Counted from the stretch's first letter, positions 1 through 9,741 are shown. The stretch is 64,000 nt of DNA from Cyclobacteriaceae bacterium (GCA_035492075.1 DATJJP010000030.1:4076-68075), one strand, 5' to 3'. Program-made: numbers and translations. The notes: generated by a model from the letters alone, not told the origin.

Positions 1-9
1 ACTCCATCC

Positions 10-17
10 TACTTTTG
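10..17 (+). promoter_or_regulatory. candidate Bacteroidota sigma-A -7 box (TACTTTTG)
   Basis: Exact match to the TAnnTTTG -7 consensus known for Bacteroidetes promoters, 30 nt upstream of the ATG at 47. No clear -33 TTG seen. Confidence 0.3.
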
Positions 18-46
18 GTTTTATTTATTAAGGAAATAGCAACTCA

Positions 47-1144
47 ATGAGCCTGTCAACGCAAAAAAAGTATGAGATGCCTTTCTATGCAAAAGTCGCA
101 TTAATTTTTATTTGTCTTTTTGCATTTGTCATTACAATGAGCATTGGCCAGCAAATAATCATCCCGCTAGTCTATGCTTCAATCTTGGGGATTTTGATAA
201 ACCCAGTCGTCAATTTTTTAATCAGAAAAAGGATAAATAGGATTATCTCCATCTTCATTACTGTGACATTAGCAGTGCTTATCGTCGTTGGTTTTGCTTA
301 CGCGATATCGATTCAACTAACTATGTTTAGCGAGGCCGTTCCACAACTGAGGAAGAAATTTGATGTCACCAGCGCCGAAGCTGTCGGATGGGTATCCCAT
401 AAGCTTAGAATCAGTCAGCTCAAAATCAATACATGGATACGCGACACTGAAATAGACGCAATCAATAATTTCTCCATTGGCGACAAGATCACTAAGGTCG
501 GCGAACTGGTTCTGACATTGGTGTTGTTGCCTGTCTATCTATTCATGATTTTATTTTATAAGCCACTGTTGCTTGAGTTCATCATGAAGTTATTTGACAG
601 AAAGCATCACCTGGCGGTGACAGAAGTATTGATCAACGTAAAAAAACTGATTCAAAGTTACTTGATCGGGTTATTGTTTGAACTCATCATTGTTGCGGGA
701 TTGAATTCAGTCGGGTTACTGCTCATCGGTATCGACTATGCGATTATCCTGGGAATCATCGGAGCCATTCTCAACGTCATTCCTTACATCGGAGGAATAA
801 TCGCAGTATCACTTCCAGTGGCTATTGCATTCATTACAAAAGACTCGTATTCGTATCCATTGATCGTCATTCTGTTATACCTCTGTATTCAATTTATAGA
901 TAATCATTTCATCATGCCTAGGGTGGTCGCATCCAGAGTTCAATTAAATGCGCTCATATCCGTCATCGCAGTTTTGGTTGGTGGAGCCTTATGGGGTATC
1001 CCAGGCATGTTTTTGTCAATTCCCTTAACGGCCATCCTCAAAGTAATATTCGATCACATTGAATCACTAAAGCCCTGGGGATTCTTGTTGGGCAATACAA
1101 TACCTACGGTCTCTGAAGTCTCCATGCCCCCGAAAAAAAATTAA
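47..1144 (+). CDS. AI-2E family transporter (PerM/UPF0118-type permease)
   Basis: 365-aa polytopic membrane ORF. The C-terminal half has family-typical segments LNVIPYIGGIIA and WGIPGMFLSIPLTA. Confidence 0.75.
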   Translation: MSLSTQKKYEMPFYAKVALIFICLFAFVITMSIGQQIIIPLVYASILGILINPVVNFLIRKRINRIISIFITVTLAVLIVVGFAYAISIQLTMFSEAVPQLRKKFDVTSAEAVGWVSHKLRISQLKINTWIRDTEIDAINNFSIGDKITKVGELVLTLVLLPVYLFMILFYKPLLLEFIMKLFDRKHHLAVTEVLINVKKLIQSYLIGLLFELIIVAGLNSVGLLLIGIDYAIILGIIGAILNVIPYIGGIIAVSLPVAIAFITKDSYSYPLIVILLYLCIQFIDNHFIMPRVVASRVQLNALISVIAVLVGGALWGIPGMFLSIPLTAILKVIFDHIESLKPWGFLLGNTIPTVSEVSMPPKKN

Positions 1145-1328
1145 CATTGCACCTTAAGTAACTCAAATGAAATCTAACATCCATAACCATAAAAAGAATC
1201 TGAAAGGCTCGCTTATGATTTCTCTTTGCGATCCCTTCAACGGAAATGACCTTATACTTTAAAACTGGAAAACCGCACTGGAACGTAGCGCATTACGCGA
1301 ATTTGAAAAATAATTTCATCCCTTACTC

Positions 1329-2159
1329 ATGGCACTTGGTTTACGGCTAAAATTAAAGGAAGCGATAGACAAGGTTGTTGTTAAGCCTTCTGAAAATTTA
1401 TACACCGAGGCGCTGCGGGATTTTTTTTACGAAACATCCCGGTTGACTTTGTTTGCCGTTCGCTTTTTTCGTGAAATGACAAGGCCTCCATTTGAGTTTA
1501 AAGAATTTCTAAGGCAGTCGTATCTGGTAGGATACAAATCATTTCCCCTGGTAGGTATTACAGGGTTTATCATGGGGCTTGTTCTCACCATACAATCACG
1601 GCCCACACTCGAAGAGTTTGGAGCCGAGTCGTGGTTGCCTGCCATGGTTGCTATTTCGATAATAAGAGAAATAGGTCCGGTAATCACCGCACTCATATTT
1701 GCAGGAAAAGTCGGATCAGGCATAGGAGCCGAATTGGCGTCCATGAAAGTGACAGAGCAGATCGATGCAATGGAAGTATCAGGACTCAACCCATACAAAT
1801 ACGTTGTCGTCACAAGAATCCTTTCCACCTCTTTAATGCTACCCGCATTGGTAATTGTTGCCGATGCAATAGCCTTGTATGGATCTTATGTCGGTGTCAA
1901 TCTCAAGGGAGACGTAAGTTTTCAACTATTTTTCCTTAAGGTCTTTCAAAAACTCTCTTTTACGGATATCACTCCGGCTATTATCAAAACTGTATTCTTC
2001 GGTTTTGCCGTAGGATTAATTGGATGCTACAAGGGCTATGTCTCCAATAACGGTACCGAAGGCGTAGGAACAGCCGCGAATACTTCCGTAGTCATAGGGT
2101 CGCTAGCCATATTCATAATTGACATGATAGCGGTTCAGATCACCAGCTTATTTACTTGA
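1329..2159 (+). CDS. mlaE: MlaE-family ABC transporter permease
   Basis: Strong MlaE/Ttg2B signature REIGPVITALIFAGKVGSGIGAELASMKVTEQIDAMEVSGLNPYKYVVVTRIL. 4-bp overlap with the downstream ATPase. Confidence 0.9.
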   Translation: MALGLRLKLKEAIDKVVVKPSENLYTEALRDFFYETSRLTLFAVRFFREMTRPPFEFKEFLRQSYLVGYKSFPLVGITGFIMGLVLTIQSRPTLEEFGAESWLPAMVAISIIREIGPVITALIFAGKVGSGIGAELASMKVTEQIDAMEVSGLNPYKYVVVTRILSTSLMLPALVIVADAIALYGSYVGVNLKGDVSFQLFFLKVFQKLSFTDITPAIIKTVFFGFAVGLIGCYKGYVSNNGTEGVGTAANTSVVIGSLAIFIIDMIAVQITSLFT

Positions 2160-2896
2160 TGGAAGGAATGGAAACTCCCGTTGTAGAAATTGAGCATTTG
2201 AAAATGTCATTCGGAGAAAATGCCGTTTTAAAAGATGTCAATATAAAAATCGCAAAAGGAGAAAATCTCATTGTATTTGGCAAATCAGGGAGTGGTAAGT
2301 CAGTACTCATAAAATGTATGGTCGGCTTGCTTTCACCTGACAGCGGCAAGATTGTCATCCTAGGACACAACATGATCGATTTAAAAAACGACGAGCTAAA
2401 TGCGCTAAGAAAGAAAATCGGTTTTCTCTTTCAAAGTGCAGCCTTGTATGACTCCATGACCGTTGGGGAAAACCTCGCATTCCCTTTTCGCGATTTGAAG
2501 GACCAGTCAAAGGAAGAAACCGCAGAATTGGTTAAAGAAGTACTGATCAACGTTGGCCTCGAAGAGGCGATCGACAAAATGCCCTCAGAACTTTCTGGCG
2601 GTATGAGAAAGCGCGTAGGGCTCGCCCGCACATTGATTTTGAAACCCGACATAATTCTCTACGATGAACCCACCACGGGTTTAGATCCTATTACCTCTAA
2701 AGAAATAAGCCAGTTGATTCTCGACGTCCAAAAAAAATACAATACAACTTCAGTAATTATAACGCACGATGTCGAATGCGCCCGCATCACTGGCAACAGA
2801 ATGATAATAATCAAAGATGGTGTCGCTTTTGCAGAAGGAACATTTCAGGAACTGTCGACATCAAAAGATGAGTGGATTCACTCATTCTTTGAATAA
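2156..2896 (+). CDS. mlaF: ABC transporter ATP-binding protein (MlaF-like)
   Basis: Walker A GKSGSGKS, ABC signature LSGGMRKRV, Walker B IILYDEPTTGLD. Translationally coupled to the permease. Confidence 0.92.
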   Translation: MMEGMETPVVEIEHLKMSFGENAVLKDVNIKIAKGENLIVFGKSGSGKSVLIKCMVGLLSPDSGKIVILGHNMIDLKNDELNALRKKIGFLFQSAALYDSMTVGENLAFPFRDLKDQSKEETAELVKEVLINVGLEEAIDKMPSELSGGMRKRVGLARTLILKPDIILYDEPTTGLDPITSKEISQLILDVQKKYNTTSVIITHDVECARITGNRMIIIKDGVAFAEGTFQELSTSKDEWIHSFFE

Positions 2897-2913
2897 TACG
2901 AAAAACCAGAATT

Positions 2914-3657
2914 ATGGAAAAAGCAGCTAAAAATGAAATCAGGCTTGGAATATTTGTTTCTGTTGCTGTCGCTTTTTTTATCATTGGAATCTATTTTGTT
3001 GGACAGCGGCAACATCTATTTAGCAATACATTTCGAATCAGTGGGATATTTTCAGATATCAACGGTCTGCAAGTTGGCGACAACGTGCGTTTCTCAGGAA
3101 TCAACGTAGGTATCATTTCAGAAATCAGACAAGTCACTGATTCCACCGTCAGTGTAGACATGACTATCGCCGAAAGCTCCAGGCAGTTTATGAAAAGAAA
3201 TGTAAAAGCGTTGATAGGCTCAGATGGCCTCATGGGCAACAAAATCATCCAAATAATCCCAGGGACCGCCGATCAAAAAGAACTTTCCGATAATGACGTG
3301 ATAGAAACAACACAGCCGATAAGTATAGATGAAATCATGTTCAAAATAAAAGTCACCGTTGATAACACAGCCCTTATCAGCAACGATTTGTCGGCAATGA
3401 TGCTTAATGTACGCGAGGGGAAAGGAACCATCGGAAAACTTGTAATGGACAGCATTTTTGCCCAGAACGTGGCACAGGCTCTAGTCAATATTAAACAAGG
3501 AGCCGGCGGTTTTAAACAAAATATGGATGCCGCCAGTCATAATTTTCTTCTCAGAGGGTATCTCAAGAAGAAAGAGAAAGAAAAAGAAAAAGAGCTGGAC
3601 AAAGAAAAGTCGAATGGCAAACAGCAAGTGAAAGACAAGCCTAAAGTCAAGAATTAA
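2914..3657 (+). CDS. mlaD: MlaD/MCE family substrate-binding protein
   Basis: N-terminal TM helix followed by an MCE-type beta domain (FSDINGLQVGDNVRFSGINVG) and a Lys/Glu-rich tail. Third gene of the permease-ATPase-MCE triad. Confidence 0.85.
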   Translation: MEKAAKNEIRLGIFVSVAVAFFIIGIYFVGQRQHLFSNTFRISGIFSDINGLQVGDNVRFSGINVGIISEIRQVTDSTVSVDMTIAESSRQFMKRNVKALIGSDGLMGNKIIQIIPGTADQKELSDNDVIETTQPISIDEIMFKIKVTVDNTALISNDLSAMMLNVREGKGTIGKLVMDSIFAQNVAQALVNIKQGAGGFKQNMDAASHNFLLRGYLKKKEKEKEKELDKEKSNGKQQVKDKPKVKN

Positions 3658-3681
3658 TGGACTGTCGCTACATCCGAGTAC

Positions 3682-4065
3682 ATGGGCTCACTTACTTTTA
3701 AAAAAATAAAATTCGAGCATAGAAAGCAAAAGGTAATTCCGATGCGGCATTTTCTCCTTAGGCTCGGCCGTTACTTCCTGTTCTGCGGATTGCTTATCTC
3801 ATTGTCGATATTGATCGGAACACTTGGTTACATGTTCTATGGAAAATTAAATTGGGTAGACAGTTTCTATATGTCGTGCATGATTTTAACAGGCATGGGT
3901 CCCGTCGCGGATATGTCGTCCGCAAACGCCAAACTCTTTTCGTCCTTTTATGCCTTGTACAGTGGCATAGCTTTTCTGAGTACCACCGCCATCTTTTTAG
4001 CGCCGATTTTCCACAGGATGCTGCACATTTTGCAGGTGGAGCCTTCAGATCAGATAACAAACTGA
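3682..4065 (+). CDS. small two-TM membrane protein with ion-channel-like pore loop
   Basis: TM1, then pore-helix-like WVDSFYMSCMILTGMGPV, then TM2. Resembles an Ion_trans_2 pore module, but the TVGYG filter position reads TGMGP. The start is uncertain; an alternative ATG lies at 3742. Confidence 0.5.
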   Translation: MGSLTFKKIKFEHRKQKVIPMRHFLLRLGRYFLFCGLLISLSILIGTLGYMFYGKLNWVDSFYMSCMILTGMGPVADMSSANAKLFSSFYALYSGIAFLSTTAIFLAPIFHRMLHILQVEPSDQITN

Positions 4066-4310
4066 TTTCAACGGCGGATGGCCTCGTATTTCATAAAGTC
4101 GAAAAAAACTACTATCACTTTTTTGTCCACAACTCGCCGAGAACGCTAAATCCTATCCTCTGCCGAAAACAAAAGACCGCTCTCTACTGCAGATACCAAG
4201 TTGTACTAAAAGCATGACCTCCGCTGGCGAATTACTAGATCAGTGACATTCCTCATCATCTCTATCGCTAAAGGCGTGAACATTGCAACGAATTGTTCAG
4301 CTTGTATAAC

Positions 4311-4322
4311 GCATCGTGATGC
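4311..4322. promoter_or_regulatory. dyad site 1 (GCATCGTGATGC, followed by GAATT)
   Basis: Perfect GCAT-N4-ATGC palindrome 39 nt upstream of the ATG at 4361. Confidence 0.5.
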
Positions 4323-4360
4323 GAATTGAGTGACTTTTGTGTACACTAAAACATGAAAAA

Positions 4361-4783
4361 ATGAAAAACAAAATTGTGACAATCGCTATAACAGGAGTTA
4401 TCGCTATGATGGGCATTTCAGTATCAGCCCAACAAGACAAGAAAGCGCAAAAAGCTCGAAAGGAACTTGAGGGAGCCAAGCAGGATCTTAAAGAAGCAAA
4501 GGTAGACTCTGCGGCCGATTTCCATCGATTTAAAAAAGAGGCGGAATTGCAGATCAGCGACAATCAAAAGAAAATTGATGAGCTAAAAGCAAAAAAATCT
4601 GACGAAAGTCAGGCGGTAAGGGAAGAATATGATAAAAAAGTGGCCGCTGTTGAAGTTCAGAATAATGACTTGAAAAAAAGAATCAAGGAATCAAACAATA
4701 CTAAAACAAATATGTGGACGTCCTTCAAACGCGGATTTCATAATGACATGGAAGCATTAGAAAAAGCCATCAGGGATATTTAA
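4361..4783 (+). CDS. secreted Lys/Glu-rich coiled-coil protein (hypothetical)
   Basis: Signal peptide MKNKIVTIAITGVIAMMGISVSAQQ followed by heptad-like charged helices. The track ORF begins at a TTG (4337), so the ATG at 4361 is the more likely start. A terminator follows. Confidence 0.65.
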   Translation: MKNKIVTIAITGVIAMMGISVSAQQDKKAQKARKELEGAKQDLKEAKVDSAADFHRFKKEAELQISDNQKKIDELKAKKSDESQAVREEYDKKVAAVEVQNNDLKKRIKESNNTKTNMWTSFKRGFHNDMEALEKAIRDI

Positions 4784-4805
4784 AATTAATCAAGCATTTT
4801 AAAAA

Positions 4806-4827
4806 AGGCCCGTTATGGGCTTTTTTT
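4806..4827 (+). terminator. rho-independent terminator
   Basis: AGGCCC-gttat-GGGCTT hairpin flanked by an A6 run and a T7 run, 23 nt after the stop at 4783. Confidence 0.7.
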
Positions 4828-4980
4828 GTATCAACTCTTGAAGCAACAGGGACATTGGTTTTACCATTTGGTTTACCAGCTGCCGTCGAGAGTTTCCAGA
4901 ATCGAAAAAAAACAAACTGAAAAATTCAGGATTTCTGATAGCGATAGTCATTCAGGGGCGCGCAACACTTAAGGTGTCTG

Positions 4981-5011
4981 AAAATAAAAAGACCCATCCG
5001 CCTGATGGGCC
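4981..5011 (-). terminator. minus-strand rho-independent terminator without an adjacent annotated gene
   Basis: On the minus strand this reads GGCCCATC-aggcg-GATGGGTC followed by TTTTTATTTT. The nearest upstream minus-strand CDS ends at 5360. Confidence 0.55.
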
Positions 5012-5359
5012 TCTTTATCTAAAATTAACCTAAATTGTAAAACATCTATGAATAGTTTCACTGTACAAAGGTGCTTTAGTAGCCGGATATCATAGTCATT
5101 CTAATGGTGTGAATTTTATCACTCATCTTCAGACTATCAGGATTAATTTTATACCACCAGTTCGCAAATGATGCAAGTCAGACGCGCGAAGCAGTGTCAT
5201 CTCCCTCAGAGTTTCTTATTGCAATGGAAAAGACACAGTAAATAGCTCTCCTTTCTGGAATGGCGCGTCATTTGTGAAAACAATAAGTGGTTTTTTGGAA
5301 GAGATATAAAACGCCAGGTTTTAACCTTCGTAACGGTTCAACCCAAAAATAATCGGGTC

Positions 5360-5986
5360 TTAAATGTATCTACGTCTGTGAGCAAGTTCTATTGCATCGG
5401 CCTTCTTGTTGACGTCCAGCTTGGAATAGATGTTCCTTATGTGTGTTTTCGTGGTGTCCCGTGAAATAAACAGCTGCTGTGAAATTTGAGAAGAACTGTG
5501 GCCTCGAGCCACTAAACCCAGAACTTCAAGCTCACGTCTTGTAAACGGAGTATCTGGATTTCTATGCAGATTTTGGATCACTTTCCGGGCAATTCTTGAA
5601 CTCAACGGGGATCCGCCCCTCACGATCTCCTCGATACCTAAAATTATTTCAACAAAATTTGCGCTTTTCAGAATGTAACCAGAGGCTCCGGCCCTAAGCG
5701 CAGCAATGACAACGCTATCTTCGTCCTGCGACGTCACTATTAATATTTCAACATCAGGAAGCTTTTCTTTTATTACCGAAATCTCGGCTATCCCTTGCCG
5801 GCCTGGTCCAACTATTTCCATAACCACCACATCAGGCTTAATCCTCAAAACATTCGACGACGCTTCATCCCAATCTGCATAGCAACCTCCAACAACAAAT
5901 CTGTCAGTGCCATCGACTAAATGCACGACGGAATTTTGCCAAATCTCGTCATGCTCTATGATTATAACTTTCTTCCTAACAAACAT
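5360..5986 (-). CDS. LuxR/NarL-family response regulator with atypical receiver (Glu at phospho-acceptor position)
   Basis: REC plus GerE-type HTH (RRELEVLGLVARGHSSSQISQQLFISRDTTKTHIRNIYSKL). The acceptor motif reads VVVMEIVGPG instead of LMDIxMPG. Start placed at MFVRKK (5986). Confidence 0.85.
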   Translation of the reverse strand: MFVRKKVIIIEHDEIWQNSVVHLVDGTDRFVVGGCYADWDEASSNVLRIKPDVVVMEIVGPGRQGIAEISVIKEKLPDVEILIVTSQDEDSVVIAALRAGASGYILKSANFVEIILGIEEIVRGGSPLSSRIARKVIQNLHRNPDTPFTRRELEVLGLVARGHSSSQISQQLFISRDTTKTHIRNIYSKLDVNKKADAIELAHRRRYI

Positions 5987-6107
5987 AGCGTTCTTTTTGA
6001 CTTGCTTCCTTTTTATCAAATGACTCCTGCCCCACGCAATTTGCCCTAAGAAGCAACTGTCCAAAATCTTCTTACAATTGTATTATTTGATAAGCAAGAA
6101 GTAAATC

Positions 6108-6119
6108 GCATGTCAATGT
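6108..6119. promoter_or_regulatory. dyad site 2, imperfect (AAATCGCATGTCAATGT)
   Basis: The left half-site AAATCGCAT is identical to sites 3 and 4. The right half is ATGT instead of ATGC. It lies about 120 nt upstream of the regulator start at 5986. Confidence 0.35.
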
Positions 6120-6290
6120 GAAAATAAAGCAGCCCGAGAAGCGAAGCCTCTAATAAAAAAGCATTCTCATTAATGATTAAGGGCGCCTGCATTAGCATTA
6201 ATGTGCTACCTGGCAAAACAATAATCACGCAAGCTTAAGGTCAACCTAACGATTTAAGAATTAAAATCCTTCGAGCTTTATATGCTAATC

Positions 6291-7358
6291 TTATCTGAAT
6301 TTAGCTCGATGAAACTTCGAACCCAATACGCGAGTAATTTTGATTGAAGTAACCATGTAAATATCGTTGTTACGGAAGTTTCCCCGGTTGTTTGTTTTGT
6401 ATTCTCTTCCATACCCATCAATTGTCATATACATTTTTCCGTCACGTCCGATGTACGAAGAAGTGGAATATTTTGAAATGTCTGCGAGTTCGTTCGACCG
6501 ATAAGAGAGCGCCCGGGCTAATGGGTCCTTGATGGCACCAAGATCAACATAGTTCCTGCTTACATCGTCCAGATAATCAGTAAAGCTATATCTAAAACCG
6601 ATGTCAGCCCATAGGTCTAAAAAATCGCTTAATTTAATCCTGGCACCAATTCCAAACGGCACTGCGACTTGTAACAAGCTATACGGTTTGATCCCGTAAT
6701 TGACATCACCGGTTTGCAAATTTGAATATTGCCCTTCAGTTCCGAGTGGCTGCAAGTCAACCCATTGGCCAGCCTTTGGATTAGGGCTTCCATCCAAAAA
6801 GGTCTGGGGTGCGTGGGCTTGCGGGTTGTGCACAAACGCTTCAATTCCCACAAACGCATATGGAGTCCAATTTACCCGATTCATGTAATTAGTACCCGGG
6901 TTCTCAAAGAGGTCGAATACAGCCATCACGGTTAGTTCCTTGATTCGATTTCGAAATGACAAATTTCGCTCATGTCGAAACACCCCATTACCTATATCGG
7001 ACAGATGTGCTGAGTTCGCATCCGATCCGGTAAGGGTGCCGTACATAAACTGAGCGCTCAACGTGTACCGAGGGCCGTAACAGCGAAAAAAAGAAATACC
7101 AAAACCAGGCCTTGTAAAGGATATATCAGTACTGAACTTGTTCGGCAGTGGAGAAAGATCGCCAAAGTAGTTAAGGGCATTGACGGAAAATCCTACACCA
7201 GAGTATTTTTTGAATACGTCTTTTCTTCCTCTGTAGGTGGCAATCCTCTTATTATTTCTCTTGATGGCCCCAACGCTTAACTTCTGACTAAAAGAATCCA
7301 TCGCGATACCTGATCCCAGAATTGATACCAGCAACACAAAGGGTATTTTCATCTTCAT
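6291..7358 (-). CDS. outer-membrane beta-barrel protein (porin-like, DUF6089-type)
   Basis: Signal peptide, alternating aromatic/hydrophilic beta-strand pattern, and C-terminal residue Arg after a Phe-rich terminal strand (KFHRAKFR). Confidence 0.65.
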   Translation of the reverse strand: MKMKIPFVLLVSILGSGIAMDSFSQKLSVGAIKRNNKRIATYRGRKDVFKKYSGVGFSVNALNYFGDLSPLPNKFSTDISFTRPGFGISFFRCYGPRYTLSAQFMYGTLTGSDANSAHLSDIGNGVFRHERNLSFRNRIKELTVMAVFDLFENPGTNYMNRVNWTPYAFVGIEAFVHNPQAHAPQTFLDGSPNPKAGQWVDLQPLGTEGQYSNLQTGDVNYGIKPYSLLQVAVPFGIGARIKLSDFLDLWADIGFRYSFTDYLDDVSRNYVDLGAIKDPLARALSYRSNELADISKYSTSSYIGRDGKMYMTIDGYGREYKTNNRGNFRNNDIYMVTSIKITRVLGSKFHRAKFR

Positions 7359-7528
7359 TTTTTGACAATTATTTTTTTAATCTACGTGCAGAGGCAAATT
7401 TTCTTCCAGATGTTGGTGTCGTAAAACTAAATGCGTCTATAGTGTTCAGTGTACAACATTGAGATCAAATAGTGTAGTAATTGGGTCATGTGGATACTCA
7501 AAACAACTTGCCCGATCGAAACATCCTA

Positions 7529-8866
7529 TTACCTCTTCATTGCAATTTCCTTTAGCGGAATTGTTGGTATCACAATACTAAACGTAGTTCCGAATCCCAC
7601 TTTCGTGTCGTAGGATATACTTCCCCTAATTTTCTCCGCAAAATCTCGGCAAATCAACAGCCCGATGCCTGCCCCCTTTTCACCTTTCGTGCCTTCGCTA
7701 GTTTGTTTAAATCCCCAGTTAAATAATTTTGCTGTAACGTCTTGAGACATCCCTTTACCAGTATCATGTACAGATATCTTCACCTGATGTCCGTTCACTT
7801 CGTCAGTTCTCACCGTGATCAAGCCGTTCTCTGTAAACTTGATCGCGTTGGCTATGAAATTTCTAATGATAAGTTTAATGACCGAATGGTCCGTTTGAAT
7901 TATGGTTTGCGGATTAACTGAATTAATGAGGTTGTTGTTTTTGATTCTGGCAGGCTCTTCGAAAAGGGAAAAAATATCATTTACTACTGTCCTAACATCC
8001 ACTTGGCTTCCAACAGACTTGTTTGCACCGTTGTGAGTGGACCAGCACAATAAATTCTCGAGCAGCAGCGAAGTATTATCGACAGCGCCTATTACTTTTT
8101 TTAAATGAACATCGAATTCGCTCTGCGTAATCTTCTTGAATTGACAAAGCAATAACAATCCTTTAATGCTACTTAAAGGGCCCCTTATATCATGAGAAAT
8201 AATGGTCAGCAATTTATTTTTCATTGAATCAGACACCTCCAGCTCAAGCTTGACTTTTGCTAGTCGATCCTTTTCATCTCGGAGTAATTGATCATTTGAA
8301 TAGTTCCTCCTTAACACTGTTTCAAGCGAAGTCATGTAAACCATTCCCATGACAGCGCTAGAGACGATGAAAAAACCGTTGTTCAATAGCTTTGCTAAAT
8401 ACGTGGTCCCAAATAAACCCAAATGGAAATACGCCCACCATGCGTAGCAGAAAACAACAATTGAGATCACCAAAGAAGCGTGAAATGTTCTCAATCGGAA
8501 GATGGTACTGGTTCCAAACAAACAAAGAATCAAGCCGTTATGATATTCTAGAATTGCCAGCTCGCTATAATTTAATACATAGAGCATACCCAATATTCCA
8601 AATGAAACTGCCAACCCACTAACACAGGCGAGTAACGTAAAATAGTTGAAGATTTTTTTTGAGTACGACAAATACCAGGCTGAATACAAAACAGACACTG
8701 TAACTAGTCTAATGCCCCATATCTTCGGGTAGCTAATAGGGGCAGCATAATAGTCCAAAACCCCAAAAAGAGTATACAAGACAATGGCCAAAATCAATCC
8801 CGATCGGAACGGCCTTAATGATTGCCCAATATAATACGATTCATATCCCTCCATTATTGGTGACAA
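7529..8866 (-). CDS. membrane sensor histidine kinase
   Basis: About 6 N-terminal TM helices, a coiled coil, H-box ISHDIRGPLSSI, and HATPase_c boxes (N: FIANAIKFT; G1: HDTGKGM; G2: GAGIGL). Confidence 0.9.
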   Translation of the reverse strand: MSPIMEGYESYYIGQSLRPFRSGLILAIVLYTLFGVLDYYAAPISYPKIWGIRLVTVSVLYSAWYLSYSKKIFNYFTLLACVSGLAVSFGILGMLYVLNYSELAILEYHNGLILCLFGTSTIFRLRTFHASLVISIVVFCYAWWAYFHLGLFGTTYLAKLLNNGFFIVSSAVMGMVYMTSLETVLRRNYSNDQLLRDEKDRLAKVKLELEVSDSMKNKLLTIISHDIRGPLSSIKGLLLLCQFKKITQSEFDVHLKKVIGAVDNTSLLLENLLCWSTHNGANKSVGSQVDVRTVVNDIFSLFEEPARIKNNNLINSVNPQTIIQTDHSVIKLIIRNFIANAIKFTENGLITVRTDEVNGHQVKISVHDTGKGMSQDVTAKLFNWGFKQTSEGTKGEKGAGIGLLICRDFAEKIRGSISYDTKVGFGTTFSIVIPTIPLKEIAMKR

Positions 8867-8904
8867 CTATATTTGCATTAATGAAAGTGCTGTTGGCGTT
8901 CTTG

Positions 8905-9741
8905 TCAAAATGTAACACAATTGGTTTTACTCATGTCTTCTTTCGGGGTGCACCCATACCTCTTTCTGTACATCTTAATCATGTAAGATGAACTGCAGAA
9001 TCCACACTCAAACGACGCCTCTTTAATCGACTTTCCTCGGCGAATTAGAAACTTCGCTTTCTCCAAACGCCTGATGATCAACCATTGATTCAGCGAAACA
9101 TCAAGCCCTTTTTTGAACCATCTTTTCAAAGTCGAAGGGGAAACACCAAAATTCCTCGCAATCTCGGAAATGGGTTTTCTACTGGAGAGGTCAACTGAGA
9201 TGCTATGAGCTATTGATCGAACACCATGGTGGCCAGAAACTGACTCTTTAACATTCACCTTCTCTGGAAGAATTATGTTTTCAATTGCAAAAAGTATCTC
9301 AAATATCCTAGAGCGGAGAATCCCTTCCGTGATGGAAAGTCTTTGCTGCGAGTACGCTACTAATGAAACAAAGAATTGACCAACATATTCCATGTCGATC
9401 TTGTGAAATTGTGTCAACAATGCCACGATGGATCTTATCTTGCCATCGAAATGAGACTCATAGTCCCATATAATCTCTTCGGTTAAAATGACCGCAACGA
9501 GTCTGCCACGTTGTTTGAAATTGGTGAGTGCGCAAGAAATTTCAGTGGCCTTTGGGAGTAACATCAAACTCGAATTTGATATCTCATATTTTCTATTGTT
9601 GACCGTCACTACCCCACTCCCTTCTGCATAAAAAATCAAGGTGTCGGAAGCCGTGGCATCAAACGAGACTTCGCCCGTGTATTCGCTACACACCACCGCT
9701 GGTTCATTTTGGTATTTCAACACTAATCCATTGGGGAGCAT
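8905..9741 (-). CDS. AraC family transcriptional regulator
   Basis: C-terminal double HTH (ISEIARNFGVSPSTLKRWFKK ... EASFECGFCSSSYMIKMYRKRYGCTP) with a cupin-like N-terminal domain. Confidence 0.88.
   Translation of the reverse strand: MLPNGLVLKYQNEPAVVCSEYTGEVSFDATASDTLIFYAEGSGVVTVNNRKYEISNSSLMLLPKATEISCALTNFKQRGRLVAVILTEEIIWDYESHFDGKIRSIVALLTQFHKIDMEYVGQFFVSLVAYSQQRLSITEGILRSRIFEILFAIENIILPEKVNVKESVSGHHGVRSIAHSISVDLSSRKPISEIARNFGVSPSTLKRWFKKGLDVSLNQWLIIRRLEKAKFLIRRGKSIKEASFECGFCSSSYMIKMYRKRYGCTPKEDMSKTNCVTF

Noticed and set aside
1427-1828. 133-aa antisense ORF and 102-aa out-of-frame ORF within mlaE
   Set aside because: The MlaE reading frame carries a strong family signature. These overlapping frames have none.
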